Positions 37,108-49,859 of a DNA stretch of 62,993 nt are shown in pieces; the first letter of the stretch is position 1; each line of letters starts with the position of its first letter. The DNA is from Chara braunii (Eukaryota > Plantae > Charophyceae): assembly GCA_003427395.1 (NCBI GenBank), contig BFEA01000027.1, positions 4,895,318 through 4,958,310 of the forward strand, in the 5' to 3' direction. The notes below the pieces were generated by a model. It searched no databases. It saw only the letters and a list, made by a program, of their open reading frames with translations, and was not told the origin of the DNA. Position numbers and translations under genes: made by a program.

Positions 37108-39528
37108 GTTGTGTGGAGGATCGCTGCTACACAGTCTTTGGTGGTGCTTGATTCTACTCTTGCTCGGTTGTCACAGTCGCTGTGGTAGAGCGGTATCAGC
37201 AACAGCACCCCTCGTCCTGTTCCCCTTCCCCATTTCCTTCCCCCGGCCGTCCCCTCCTCCTCTTCCCCCGTTCCTCCCCGTTCCTCCCCGCCTCCAGTCC
37301 TCCCTCGTCTTTGTTCCTTTGACCTCCTTTTCTGTCTCCTCTTCTTCTCCCTCCGCCTCCTCCTCCTCGTCCACTACCTCCGAGTTCTTGTAGAACTACC
37401 TCCTCCTCCCCTTTTTCCGTTGTTTGGCTCATCTCTTTTGTCGCTGCCTATGGGCCTCGCTCCAGTATTCAGCATTCTGCATGCATCTGTACGCCATTCT
37501 GGATCGGGTTCATTCGAAGGTGCTCAGCATTGTGAATGTATCGGGACATGATTACGAGCTTCCAGATACATGTAGAGTGTTGTGTAGTGGAGCGAGGCCC
37601 TATTTGGCGGCTATGTTTTTGTTTTAAGGGGTTCGCGAGGTCCCCGCGTTCCATTTCTCCTCCTCATCGTTCCTTGTTTTTCGAGTTTTTTTTTTTTTTG
37701 GTCGTGGAAGGAGGGAAACGAGGAACTCAACTCATCATGCTTGTCAAACTAACGAGTCGAGGAGGAGCGATTTGAGCAACACAGATGTTTGCTTTTGTTT
37801 TGTCGGATTTGTTTGCTATTCTCATGTTCGATGATGAGATTGGTAGGAGAAGAACGCCAACCAAAGCGCGAACTACCGGTAGTACATTATAGATCGCCTG
37901 GTAACTGTAGTGAGTATGGTGAAGGCATACTAACTGTAGTGAATATGGTAGAGGCATACTGGTAAGTCTTACCCCATCAGTAGTGGTGGAAGGTCGAGGA
38001 GTCGAGAGGTTCCAAGGGTTGGGTTGTTCGCCGATGAACGTGGTAAAAACTCGTTGCCATGTTAGACGAGTAGAGGAGCGATGAATATGTGTAGGTTACA
38101 GGAGGAAGAGAGGATTAGGTTCATTCGTGTTGTTTCTGTGAGTTGATGCTAGGTACTGCAGCAGGGATGGGGCGTCGATCTCACCAAATGTGCAGAATGA
38201 GAATGAATCTTCCGCTAGACCATGGAAGTGTACACCGCCGTAGTTTTGTCTTTTGTGCCTGTGGCGAGTAGTAGAGGGAGGCCCATGGCCCATACTGGCG
38301 ATCGACTGAATGTCAACAAGAATCTGGACTGCGATTCACTACTCACCAATTGTGCGTGCACAATGAGAATGAATCTTCCGCTAGAAACATAGAAAGATAC
38401 ACCGCCGTATTTTTTGTTCTTTGTCACGTTTTGTGCATGTCGTGAGTATCGGAGCGAGGCACGTTGAGTCTGACTGACAACATGCCAATAGTGATAAAAT
38501 TAGTGTGAGCTAATAGACGGAATGTCAGAAGGATTTGGAACAGAACAAAAGAGCGCTCACGGTGGAGGAATGGCAGCAGTTTTATCACCGTCTTTTACAT
38601 AATTCGGGGAAGATTGAACGCCTTATGCACTTATTACTTTTGCACATTTATGCCTTATCATTATTTTTTTTACGTCTTTTTCACATTTATGCTGAGCTGT
38701 GACGCAATTTGCGCGCAAGGTAGAAAGACGTGTGTCGATGTGACGAAGCCTGTAAGGGTTGTGTGGTAGAAGTGTGTAGTGTGTATCTGAGACGAAATGG
38801 GAATAGTCGTTTTTTGTTTGCACAATCGGCAGTGTGATCACAATCTGGCTCGCACATGTGGGGAGGAGGATCTTATCCAGAGGATATTTTTTTTGTTTTT
38901 CTTTCTTTTCTTTTTAAATAAGTAGTAATAATTGGGTACGTCCTCGCGGACGACTGCTCGTTCTCAAAATGTTTTACTCAAATTATTCCTGTAGTCCTAA
39001 ATGCGATCATACTCTCTATACCTTGAGTGGGCGGGGGGCGGGGATGGGGAGGCACCGGGGGGGGATGGGAGAAGTGGGTATGATGGGGGGAAAAAGACGG
39101 AAACATCGATCGGTATGGTGAGGATAATGATGATGATGATGATGGAAAAACGGTGTCAAGTAGTGATACGGAGACAGGGAGGGATTGGGTGTGAGGAGTA
39201 AGGAAAGACAGGGAAATGGAATAGTAGTTTGCTGTGCTATTTTTGGTCTTTTTGGGAGTGTAACGTATTTGAGATAAATAGGAGAGAAATTAGGGGCAGG
39301 AGCGACCTATATTGCCTCCCCCTTCGACGGCGGCAGATTTGCATTGCTGCCCTTTCCCCTCCGATCTGTATTCCCCCCACTCTGTTTTAATTACCAAAAA
39401 AACACGTAAAACAAGACCCATTATCGTGGGGGGCCGGGGAGAGAGAGAGAGAGAGGCGGCACGGTTCTGCGAATCGTGAGAGAGAGAGGCCGCACAGTTC
39501 TGCGAATCGTGTCCACAATCATATCGAG

Positions 39529-39570
<42 letters not shown>

Positions 39571-40899
39571 GGTCTTAAGTGAACACGGCAGGTTCTTCCG
39601 AGATATGTATGAGATGTATTTGAGTCTTTGGTGGCAGGCAGAGGAGTGCCCTTCCTTTCTTAGTGAACGTTGGCTTTGATGATAATGAAACCGGCCGTGC
39701 TGGTCACGACGAGGGCCACGACGATTGCGATGTTTATCAATGTGAGCGTAGTGATATATGATTTATAATTCAGTGCTGAAAATGTAACATGCATTTAACC
39801 AAATAATTGCTAATCACATAAATATCTTAGCCGCGCTTTATTGATTATTTTATATTTTGCAAAAGTGATAATCTGTTCAATCAACTAAATATATTGCTAT
39901 GCAAATACAGTAAATATTGCAAGGGAAATAAATATAATTATATTGCTATACAAATATATATTTCTATTATATTGCTTGGCAAACTAATATCAATATATTG
40001 CTATACATAAACATCTATTATATTGCTATACATAAACATATGTATATCTATTATAGGAAGAAAAAAAATGATTTTTTTTTTTTTCGCATTTGCGCTCTGA
40101 TAAATTTGTGACGAGATATGTCTATTATATTGCTTGGCAAACGAATGTGGTAAATGTGTCTCCGAGTGGCTCTATACATACCAATATTTTCACAGATCTC
40201 TATATGCTTTGATAGGAACTGGAAGTTTTGAAGCTGGTTGTTATACTGTTATAATGAAGTTACCTTTCGTTTTTTGTATTTGGATAGGTTTTGTTTTGGC
40301 TTTTTTTTTTTTGGACGTTTCAGAAGATTAATACGTCAGCTTTGAAAACAAAAAACTGAACCATCGAGTTCGATTTGGTTTTCAGTCCTCGTACACGTCT
40401 CGCTTTTTATTTTCGCTCCATATACGTGGAGACCACGCTCTCGATGTATCGGACTGCCTGGCAGCCGATTCGTTCATACTGGACGGGATTTTTTTTTTTT
40501 CGCGCTCTCGGTGTACGGGACTGCCTGCAACCGGTCCGATTCATTCTGAGTGAGAAAACGATTTATTTTTATTTTTATTTTTTGAAAACGATTTTTTTTG
40601 CTTGGGGTGAAAATTGCATGAAGTCCGCTTGTAGTTTAATTACTATTTCGAGGTAACTTCAGCACAGTCAGAAAAACAGTTTGAAATTACACTTGAGGCA
40701 TGCCCCCGTACATAATAACACCCTCCGCACGCAACCGTACCTGACCGGAAATCTAGCTTGTATACATCGCAACTTGAAAATGTTTTCTGCCCGAAGTGTA
40801 TTTTCAACTCTTTTTGTGACTCCCGCGTAGTTTCCCGTATTACTATGTGTTATCTTACGAACAATATCCATCGTGGCTTAATTACGATTTATTCTTTAA

Positions 40900-41505
40900 T
40901 ACTACTTCGTGCATTTCACTACGATGTTCTTGCCCGCAATTTTGGCGTTTTTGGAATCGAATCCTTCAGTGTTTACCGACTTCCCGCCAGTAAATATGGA
41001 ATCGAATCCTTGAGTGGAATCGAACCTGGCGATTTTTTTTTTGTTAAATAAACGCCGGAATTGCGGCCAGGTTCGATTCCACTGAAGGATTCGATTCCAC
41101 AGTTGAACCTGTTTTTTTTTTTTGTTAATTGAACGCCGAAATTGCGGCCAGGTTCGATTCCACTGAAGGATTCGACTCCACAGTAGAACCTGGCGATTTT
41201 TTTGTTAAATAAACGCCGAAATTGCTGCCAGGTTCGATTCCACAGTAGAACCTGTTTTTTTTTTTTTTTTTATTAAACGCCGAAATTGCGGCCAGGTTCG
41301 ATTCCACTGAAGGATTCGATTCTACTGAAGGATTCGATTCCACAGTAGAACCTGTTTTTTTTTTTTGTTAATTAAATGCCGAGATTGCGGCCAGGTTCGA
41401 TTCCACTGAAGGATTCGATTCCACACTAGAACCTGGCGATTTTGTTGTTAAATAAACGCCGAAATTGCAGTCAGCAACATCAAAGTTAAATATGCCAAAA
41501 GGAGT
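40900..41505. mobile_element. TIR element with an internal tandem array of B-box-like motifs
   Basis: Imperfect ~50-bp TIRs. Repeated aaacgccgaaattgcggccaGGTTCGATTCCactgaaggattcgattccacagtagaacctg. taattacgatttatt occurs at both flanks. Confidence 0.65.
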
Positions 41506-41707
41506 AATTACGATTTATTGTCTTGTAGTTAGTACTTATTGTTCTAACAACATTAATCAGACAAACATATGTACATATTCATATTGACAAAATAAATAAG
41601 TAATACTTCAGCAGTGCAATGGATAATATTTAAATTTTGGACAACGTTTCTTTTGTCGCATCGGTTCTTGTTTCATTGGTTTCTTCTTCCCCCTCCCTCC
41701 CTCCTTT

Positions 41708-41744
<37 letters not shown>

Positions 41745-41871
41745 CCCCCCACTTACCCCGCCGCTGGACCTTTTGTCTCTGCAGCGATCCGGACATCGGG
41801 AGCCCGATCTTGAGTGCGCATCTCTGTCTGGGGAGGGAGGCGAAGTTTGTTCTGCTGAGGCCATTAAGACG

Positions 41872-41933
41872 ATGGGGGAAGAAACCATGACACGCTCCAT
41901 ACTCGTTCTCAATGCTGGAAGCTCTTCACTAAA
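41872..41933 (+). CDS. ackA: Acetate kinase, exon with the N-terminal catalytic motif (may begin at acceptor 41785)
   Basis: MGEETMTRSILVLNAGSSSLK matches acetate kinase signature 1. Donor aa|gtaagt, phase 2. Confidence 0.92.
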
Positions 41934-43369
41934 GTAAGTAGTCGACCTGCCTTTAGTCGTAGTGTCCCCCCAGTACGGTGTTTCTCACTATCCCCTCCTC
42001 TCCCCTCCCTCCTCTTCCCCACTTCCTCTCCCCTGCTGCCGTGTCGTTTCTTCTGCATGCATGACCCGTCCCTTCATCTCCATTCGGGCTGCAGTCTCTA
42101 CAACTCCCATATTCCACTCTTTGCTGGGCTATGACAGCTTGTGGACACACTCCCTGTCCAAGTACACTCCTTGCAGTCTGGAATTTACCGTGTTCCCTTC
42201 GGATAGAACGCACCGTCTGTATCTGCACTGAAAGTTGGCCCGAATATAGATATTAGGGCCGAGCGTTCTATTGGGGGGAGGACAGTAGCCCGATATGTCG
42301 CTTTCTCCTCGATTGACACACCCATTCGTTTCCCCCCCTTTCTCACTGGCCCCTTTCCCCCTATCCTGTGAAAGACTAGATGCGGTCATGATAGCTGTAT
42401 GTGGTGCAACTTCTAGTCCAGATACGGTGATAATTACCGGGCGTTCTATTCTGGTGAAGACGGTAGTCAATAATTGTTGTTGTTTCGAGTCAAATGTTTA
42501 TCACCTGATATAAGCTGCGGTCTGATTTTCCTTCAAAGACCAAATTTTTGTTGTACACAGAAAAAAAAGTCTACCTCCTCTTCTTCCCCCCCCCCTCCCC
42601 CCCCCTCTCTCTCTCTCCCTCTCTCTCGCCTTTCCAACTGACTTGACTGCTATTTGCTCTTTTTGGGTATCTTTTTGTTGATGATTTTGCAGCAGGTTGC
42701 AGTTCGCAATGCTGAAGAATTAGAGCTGCTTTGATTGCTTCATGATTCTTTATGAAAAAAATATTGTCATTCTGCTGAATGGATTTTTTTTATTTTTTTT
42801 TGCCCGTTCTGCCGTTGAGACATGTCTGTGAGGCAAAAGGTTTCTGTAACATACTTTCGGTCCATGTGTGTGTGGTGCGAGCAGCGCGGTGCGCTGAACG
42901 CTGATGCGTTAAAAAAAAAAAAAAAAGGAGAAAAGACAAAAAAAAAGGGCCAAAAGAGAGAGAGAGAGAGAGAGAACAAGCAAAGAGTTGTTTGAACTTC
43001 TTTCACATTATTCAGAATACCTCTGTTGATACTCCGAAAGCCCCCTCCCGTTACTGAGCTAGAATGCGCCGCATGTATGGTCTGAAATACTCTTTTATCT
43101 TGTTAAAAATAAAATAAAAAAATCTGCATCTGTTTTTTTTTTTTTTTTTGGCCCCTCAAACTACCTGTCCTGTTATCTAAGTCCAGTTTCAATTCCGAAT
43201 TGTTCCAGTTATGGGTTGATGAATCCGAGCCGTCCTGCTCAACTATGGTCTATACGGGGAGCAGTACCTCGGCTCCTAACACCTGGCACGAGTTGGAAAG
43301 CAGTCAAATACTGCCACAACCAGCCAGGAGGCCCAAGCCAAGCCAACAGTCTCCGCTGGTGACCCCGAA

Positions 43370-43457
43370 GCATACCTCCCCTCCCCCCCCCCAGGAGGCC
43401 GTGGGGATCGAAAAGACGACGTGGGGTTACGTGCTCAACCAACTGAGCTAGCCCGCT
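43370..43457 (-). mobile_element. Second tRNA-like SINE head in an ackA intron
   Basis: Reverse complement gggcTAGCTCAGTTGGttgagcacgtaacc...tcttTTCGATCCCcacggcctcc. A and B boxes present, anticodon arm deleted. Confidence 0.5.
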
Positions 43458-43614
43458 TGGGCGTAACACTCTGTATCTTATTTTCTCGTGGCCTTTTTTT
43501 TTTTTTTTTTTTTTTTTTTTGGGTTATGGTGTCTTAACTCGCTTTTCCTACCAACTGAATTAATGTTTTTCCCCTTTTCTGGGAAATTTGGGCCCTTTCC
43601 TTTGGGGCATTCAG

Positions 43615-43786
43615 ATATGCATTGTATCATTTAGGTGCGAAGACCAGATGCGCTGTACAAGGATTGGTGGAGCAAGTGGGAACTACAAGAAGTGTGATTA
43701 CACACTCAGAATTGGGAGAGTCGGATGACAAAAATACACTCACCGAGAATGCCGCGATTCCAGATCACGGTGATGCTCTCAAGAGG
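43615..43786 (+). CDS. ackA: Acetate kinase exon
   Basis: tcAG|a tat gca ttg...; YALYHLG...GLVEQVG...IPDHGDALKR|gtaagc. Not in the ORF track, found by phase matching. Confidence 0.9.
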
Positions 43787-44284
43787 GTAAGCGATTTTTA
43801 ATAATTTTATCCCCTTTTTTTTTCTTGCTTTGCCTTTTTGATAACCACTCTTTTCTTTTCTTCGCATGGTTTAATGAACTTAATATTCTTAAATCTAATT
43901 AATGTCATGTGGTCCGATGTACCACCCTTTGTTCGCACAGTCTTCCCCTGTGGTCCCCTGATTTTTATCCCCTTTTCCTTCTTGACCTCTTGTCCCATGG
44001 ACTTGGCATGCTGTTTTCCCCGGGAACAAAATGCAAGGTGATCATGAGTATATAACAAAATGCACGTTGATACGTGAATGTATACAAGCTACAAGTCTGG
44101 TCGGATACGAGCATATAGTTATAAGGCGGAACAAAAAACAAACAAACCACTTGCTAAGCCTTGCGCAAGTGCCAGCACGTTTTTTTTTTCTTTTTGATTT
44201 CTTTTTTTTTTTTTCTTTTTGATTTCTTTTGGCTGGCGCCTCCATGCTTTTTGGTCTGGTGGAGCTCGGCCTCTGAAGAATGAT

Positions 44285-44610
44285 TCATTTTGCTGTTCCA
44301 AGTTTGCCTGTGAAATTTTGTGGTGGCGTATACAGGGGTGTCTGTCAATAGTGAGGGTGTCACTGCATTGCACGGCACAAGATATTAAAAACGAAAAGAA
44401 GTGCGTCTTCCCACAGAAAATGGACAGGTTCATCTGTTTGCTATAAATAGGGCATTTTGCTGTGTTCCAAGTTTGTCTGTGAAAGGTTGTGGTGGCGTAA
44501 ACGGTGACTGTCAATAGTGAGGGTGTCACTGCACGGCACAAGATATTAAAAACGAAAAGAAGTGCATCTTCCCACAGAAAATGGACAGGTTCATCTGTTT
44601 GCCATAAATA
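44285..44610. repeat. Intronic tandem duplication (~170 bp)
   Basis: cattttgctg..ttccaagtttg.ctgtgaaa...ggacaggttcatctgtttgc x2. Confidence 0.85.
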
Positions 44611-45731
44611 GTAACGAATGTATTTTGACACATTTCGTGAGCAGATGCACTCTTTTTTTTCCCATTTCGTGTTATGTGCAGCGAGGCCCTGAATGTATTA
44701 TGCTGTGTTAGTCTGCTGTGGCTGGAAACGACGTCCTGTCTGCCGCCATCACCCACTGCCACTCCAGAGCCATTTTAAAGTTTCTTTTTTTTTTAGCAGA
44801 TGTGCAGTTCATGAATGCAACGAGTCCACTGTTGTCAGTACAAATCATTGTGAACGTGGTCGTCATTGTGCGTGATAGACACATTGTGAATAAGTCACAA
44901 TCATTGTGTGAATCTGGTCGACATTGTGCCTGATATACATTGCGAACGAGTGACATTGTATAATTAGGATGCCGGTGGGCCATGAAGTGGTGCCTGGACA
45001 CACGCCCTTATTCCCGGGCCGTGCATGACCCCTGATTAGGGTTCTGGGAAGGCCCAGCAAAAAGAAAGGAGAAGAAAGAAGAAAAAAAATCCGTGGAAGA
45101 TTATCTGATCTGTAGAATTGATATGCAAACAACTTTTGGCTTAGGGTTACTTCGCATTTATATTGAACTGAACGTAGAAATGAAAATAAAATCACCACAC
45201 AAAGGCAACCCCTTTTAACCCCTTTTAAGCCTCTCTAAAGCCGATTTATACCCCCCTTCTGCTCCCTTGGCGGACAATGCTGAAAAGAAAAAGAGAGCCT
45301 GGATTTGTGCTCCTCATGGTGTGCTTGGATGACACCTCCTCCTCTCCTCTCCTCCCTCNNNNNNNNNNNNNNNNNNNNNNNNNNNNNNNNNNNNNNNNNN
45401 NNNNNNNNNNNNNNNNNNNNNNNNNNNNNNNNNNNNNNNNNNNNNNNNNNNNNNNNNNNNNNNNNNNNNNNNNNNNNNNNNNNNNNNNNNNNNNNNNNNN
45501 NNNNNNNNNNNNNNNNNNNNNNNNNNNNNNNNNNNNNNNNNNNNNNNNGGTCCTGCCTGCTAGCAATGAGATCATTTGATCAGAGCCATTTATATCGGAG
45601 AGAGCCAATTTTGACGTATTTGTATTCGATCTGAAGAGTTGCATGTGTGGCTCATAATGAGTACTTTTATTAATCAATTAATGGATCCGCGGCATGTGGT
45701 TGCACTCTACTGAACCCCCTTCTTTTTGCAG

Positions 45732-45899
45732 GTAGTGCGGTTGCTTAAACTGGACAAACAGAACATCGCAGGGGTTGGACATAGAGTAGTGCATGGTGGG
45801 GAGTCGATCACTGGACCCATGCTTATCGATGACAGTCTGAAAAAGGCCATTGTTCGCTCTACACCGCTTGCTCCACTTCACAACCCACCTAATCTGCAG
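45732..45899 (+). CDS. ackA: Acetate kinase exon
   Basis: tttttgcAG|VVRLLK...VGHRVVHGG...LAPLHNPPNLQ|gtgag. Confidence 0.95.
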
Positions 45900-46035
45900 G
45901 TGAGAGGGTGTTGCCGTATCTTCGATAAGAAAGCCCCAGGAATTTTTATAATTCATAATTCATACTTTTCATTTTGTGCAACATGTTTTTTTGAGGAGCA
46001 GGACATCTGCAAAGCTTTTTGAAACGGAGGGGGAG

Positions 46036-46093
<58 letters not shown>

Positions 46094-46113
46094 CACTGTT
46101 TTCTGTCGGTGTC

Positions 46114-46147
<34 letters not shown>

Positions 46148-47045
46148 GGGGGGTTTATCGTGGGAGAAGGTGCAATACGTCTTCACTGAGTTTTGAGATG
46201 GCCGTCAGAAATTATGATGACGGCTTAACAGACGCATATGCTTATTTGTGCGTGTGGGTAGGGTCTAGTGGATATATCATGTTCAGAACTGAGAGACCGT
46301 GAGAGTCTCTGTTTGGGGACTGGTGGTTTCATGTTTCTTCTTAGGACTCTCATGGTCTCTGTTCGGAAACATTTGCTGGCATGGTAGTTTGAAGAGCAGG
46401 TCAGGATGAGTGTGCCAGTCTATGGGGTCAGTCAGGGTGAGTTTGCCAGTCTATGGGGCCAGTGTGCCAGTGTATGGGGTATCTCTGTCGGTGTATGGTC
46501 ATTCTGAAGAGTCTGTCATTGCACGATCTGATATTCCCTCCAGATGATTGCTTTTTTTTTTTTTTTTGGTTTCTTATTGTATTGTTTTCCAGCGTCGTGG
46601 ATGAGAATGTAGTAGAACGTCTGAGAGATGAGATCATGACACTAGCCCTGAATTCTCCCTCCCTTCTTTTTTTTAAATCGGTGTTTTTTTGTGTTGTGTA
46701 GTGTCAGGTTCTGAGGAAAAGGAATTCGACTGACGCTCCCCGAAATGGTTATGGAGCCAGGTCCATAAGGTTGTGTGTTTCTTTGAAAAAAACGAGAAAA
46801 AAGTTTTGTTGGTCTGTTTTCTGTTTGTGGCATCTCAAGTTGTTTGTTTTGCGGTGTCTCAATTTGTTTGTTCGTATCTGATAAGGAGTTTGTGGTGTCT
46901 GTGTTTGGTTGTGGCAGGGTATTCTGGTGGTAGAACAGTTGTTCTCTTGCCCACAACAAGTAGCTGTGTTTGTTTTGCGGTATCTCAATTTGTTTGTTCG
47001 TATCTGATAAGGAGGTCATGGTGTCTTTGTGTTTGGTTGTGCCAG

Positions 47046-47879
47046 GGTATTCTGGTGGCAGAACAGTTGTTCTCTTGCCCACAAGTAGCTGTGTTTGACA
47101 CAGCCTTCCACTGCACGATGCCCCCAAAGGCGTACACTTATGGCGTGCCATACGCTCTTTATGAGGAGCTTGGTCTGCGTAGGTATGGGTTTCACGGAAC
47201 GAGCTTTTACTACCTGACGGGCGAGTCTGCACGGTTGCTGAATAAGCCCAAGAACAAGGTGAACCTCATCATCTTCCATCTGGGAGCAGGAGCAAGCATG
47301 GCAGCAATCCGGAACGGGGAATCCATCGACACGACGATGGGCGTAACTCCGCTCGAAGGGCTGATGATGGCGACGAGGTCGGGTGATATTGATCCTGCCA
47401 TTTACAAGCTTCTCTCAGATCAGAAGGGCATGAGTGTGGCAGAGATTGACACGATGCTTAACAAGGAGAGCGGTTTGGTCGGAGTGTGTGGGGAGAAGGA
47501 CATGCGGCGCGTGCTCGACAAGGCGGGTAATGGAGACGAGGGTGCCAAGCTCGCGCTTGCGGTTTTCATCCATCGGATCAGGAAGTACCTGGGTGCTTAT
47601 TACGTGCATCTGTGCGGAAAGGTGGATGCTCTCGTCTTCAGCGCGGGGATTGGAGAGAGGTCGGCGCCTATCAGGGCGTTGGTGTGTGAGGGCTTAGAGG
47701 AGCTGGGCATTTCCATTGATGAGAAGAAAAACAATGAGAGCAGGAAGGATGGCAGAGAAATTCAGAAAGATGGATCGAAGATCAAAATTCTGGTGGTACC
47801 GACAGACGAGGAGCTGTCCATTGCCCAGCAAACACTGTCTGTGATTGAGAAATTGCCAGGAGATGGTCCCGGGCGTTAA
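47046..47879 (+). CDS. ackA: Acetate kinase last exon
   Basis: gccAG|GILVAEQLF..QVAVFDTAFH..RRYGFHGTS..HLGAGAS..DTTMGVTPLEGLMMATRSGDIDP..LNKESGL..FSAGIGE..VVPTDEELSIA. Total spliced CDS from 41872 is 1236 nt (411 aa). Confidence 0.97.
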   Translation, partial: GILVAEQLFSCPQVAVFDTAFHCTMPPKAYTYGVPYALYEELGLRRYGFHGTSFYYLTGESARLLNKPKNKVNLIIFHLGAGASMAAIRNGESIDTTMGVTPLEGLMMATRSGDIDPAIYKLLSDQKGMSVAEIDTMLNKESGLVGVCGEKDMRRVLDKAGNGDEGAKLALAVFIHRIRKYLGAYYVHLCGKVDALVFSAGIGERSAPIRALVCEGLEELGISIDEKKNNESRKDGREIQKDGSKIKILVVPTDEELSIAQQTLSVIEKLPGDGPGR

Positions 47880-48156
47880 ACGGCGGGCGGAAATGTAGGA
47901 AGGTAGGTATGTAGAGTTGGTGGATGGCTAGGTAGGTAGACCGTTGACTTGCAAAGCTAGTTTATGGTATTATTCTGTGAGCCTTTTACGAGTATTCTCT
48001 GCTGCTCTGTGCAGATCGTGTCTGTGTCATTATTATTTGTTGAGCATTCTGCCAGATGGAAGTTCGGTGTGGAGAAAGAAAGAAAGATTATGAGGATGTT
48101 ACAGAAGACACTGACATGTGCTGGGGAAGGGGGGGGGAGAGTGTGTGTGCGTGTGC

Positions 48157-48204
<48 letters not shown>

Positions 48205-48240
48205 GGAAGTTGCAGAGTGTGTGTGTGTGTGTGTGTGAGA

Positions 48241-48292
<52 letters not shown>

Positions 48293-48945
48293 TTTACTAA
48301 TCCATTCAGTTTTCAAGGTATTCATGGAGGCAAACCTTTTCGGACTGACTAGAAGCCATGCGAGGAGGAGTTACTTCATTTTTTCTCTTTCTTGTATGGT
48401 GGTTATCTAAATTCTCTGTGAGTCTCCCACAGTAGTTGTTTCATCTGATATGCTTGGTGTAGGTGTTCGAGGACCTTTTGAAGGTGTTCAGTACTTGCAG
48501 AGGTGAATAATACTGTATGTTTTCATATCCATGTCCTATGGTTTCACTTTTTTTGGGACTTTTTCGGAATCTTTCCTGCTCTTCGGGGATTCTTTGTTTA
48601 GAAACTTTATTTGCTATTCCTTATGAGAGTGTCAATGCATATGAGGAAGGTGGTTGTGGTCGTCCATGTGACCTTCGTTCTTCATCCATGCCTTGCCTTG
48701 TGATCTTCTCCTTCTTCATTACCCTCCTCGTGTAGGTTTCTCCTTGACGCCCGTTGTTGAGTTTTTTTTCCCTTCTTTTTATCCTCCTCAATGGGTTTTT
48801 TGTCTGCTTCTCTCCTCCTCCTCCTCCTCCTCCCTCAGATCTCTCCTCCACACCCTTTGCGCATGTTTCTTCTGTTGTACACCTAATGACTGATGTGTTA
48901 GTGGCAGTGGCTGCAGGGTTGCTGGGCTGTCCTGGTCGGACGAAC

Positions 48946-49054
48946 TACCGTCTTCACCCGAATTGATCGCCCGGTCATTATAACTGTATTTGGCACAGCT
49001 TTCAGCCCAGATACGACGATAGTTACCGGGCGCTCTATTCGGGTGAAGACGGTA
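48946..49054. mobile_element. TA-flanked hairpin MITE (same family as 2302-2410)
   Basis: ta|ccgtcttcacccgaat ... attcgggtgaagacgg|ta. Same 109-bp span as the 2302 copy. Confidence 0.85.
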
Positions 49055-49859
49055 GGAAGATCTATAGGTGAGATACCTCCTGTCTGAAAAGTGAAAACTC
49101 TGAACGAGGAAAGATCTACGCGAGAGAGACCTCTCCTGTCTGAAAACTCTGCACGAGTTTAAGGAAAGATCTACCTACGCCAGAGCATTTTTCGAATTGG
49201 GACCTTTTATGGATGTATGTTTTTATGTTGTGTTGTTTCTAGAAAGTTGTAGAAAACTATGTCTGGCTCAAGAGGCATTTGCATTCGCATTGCGCACACT
49301 GAATATTTGCACTCAACCATGGGCATCGTCATCACACAGAGGAGAGAACAAAGAAAAGAAAAAGAGACGAGGAGATGGAAAGAAAGAGATACACACCCTG
49401 CACGGGCGTTCTTCAGGGGGTCTTACTAGGACAATATATATTTGCATTCGAAATTTTCGATTTTGTCCTTATTATTTGCATTCGAAAATTTGTCCTTGTT
49501 ATTTGCATTCGAAATTTTGTCCTTGTTAACCCAGACCCGACAATGGGCCATGATCGAAGAACCTAACATAAGATATGGCTATGAACTCGAACGTGTTTAC
49601 TTCGGCGGCATGCAACCCTATTATGTCTTTTGGTCGGTCGCCGTGCTGTCTTCTTCAGGGGTCTGAGTGATGTCGTAAACCTACCTACTCTAAAATTCTC
49701 TAAATACTTGTGTTCGCAGTTCTAATGTCATTGCAATGTCCCTGTTCCACCCCTCGTCGGGGCACTGGCGGTCATCAAAAGTGATAGGGGTAATAAAATA
49801 GATAATAAGAGTATAGATATGAACTAAAATAGTAAATAGTAATAAAATAATTAAAATAT

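Noticed and set aside
46773-47045. N-terminal 91 aa of the 368-aa ORF as coding sequence
   Set aside because: Intronic, including the duplicated acceptor. AckA homology starts at 47046.
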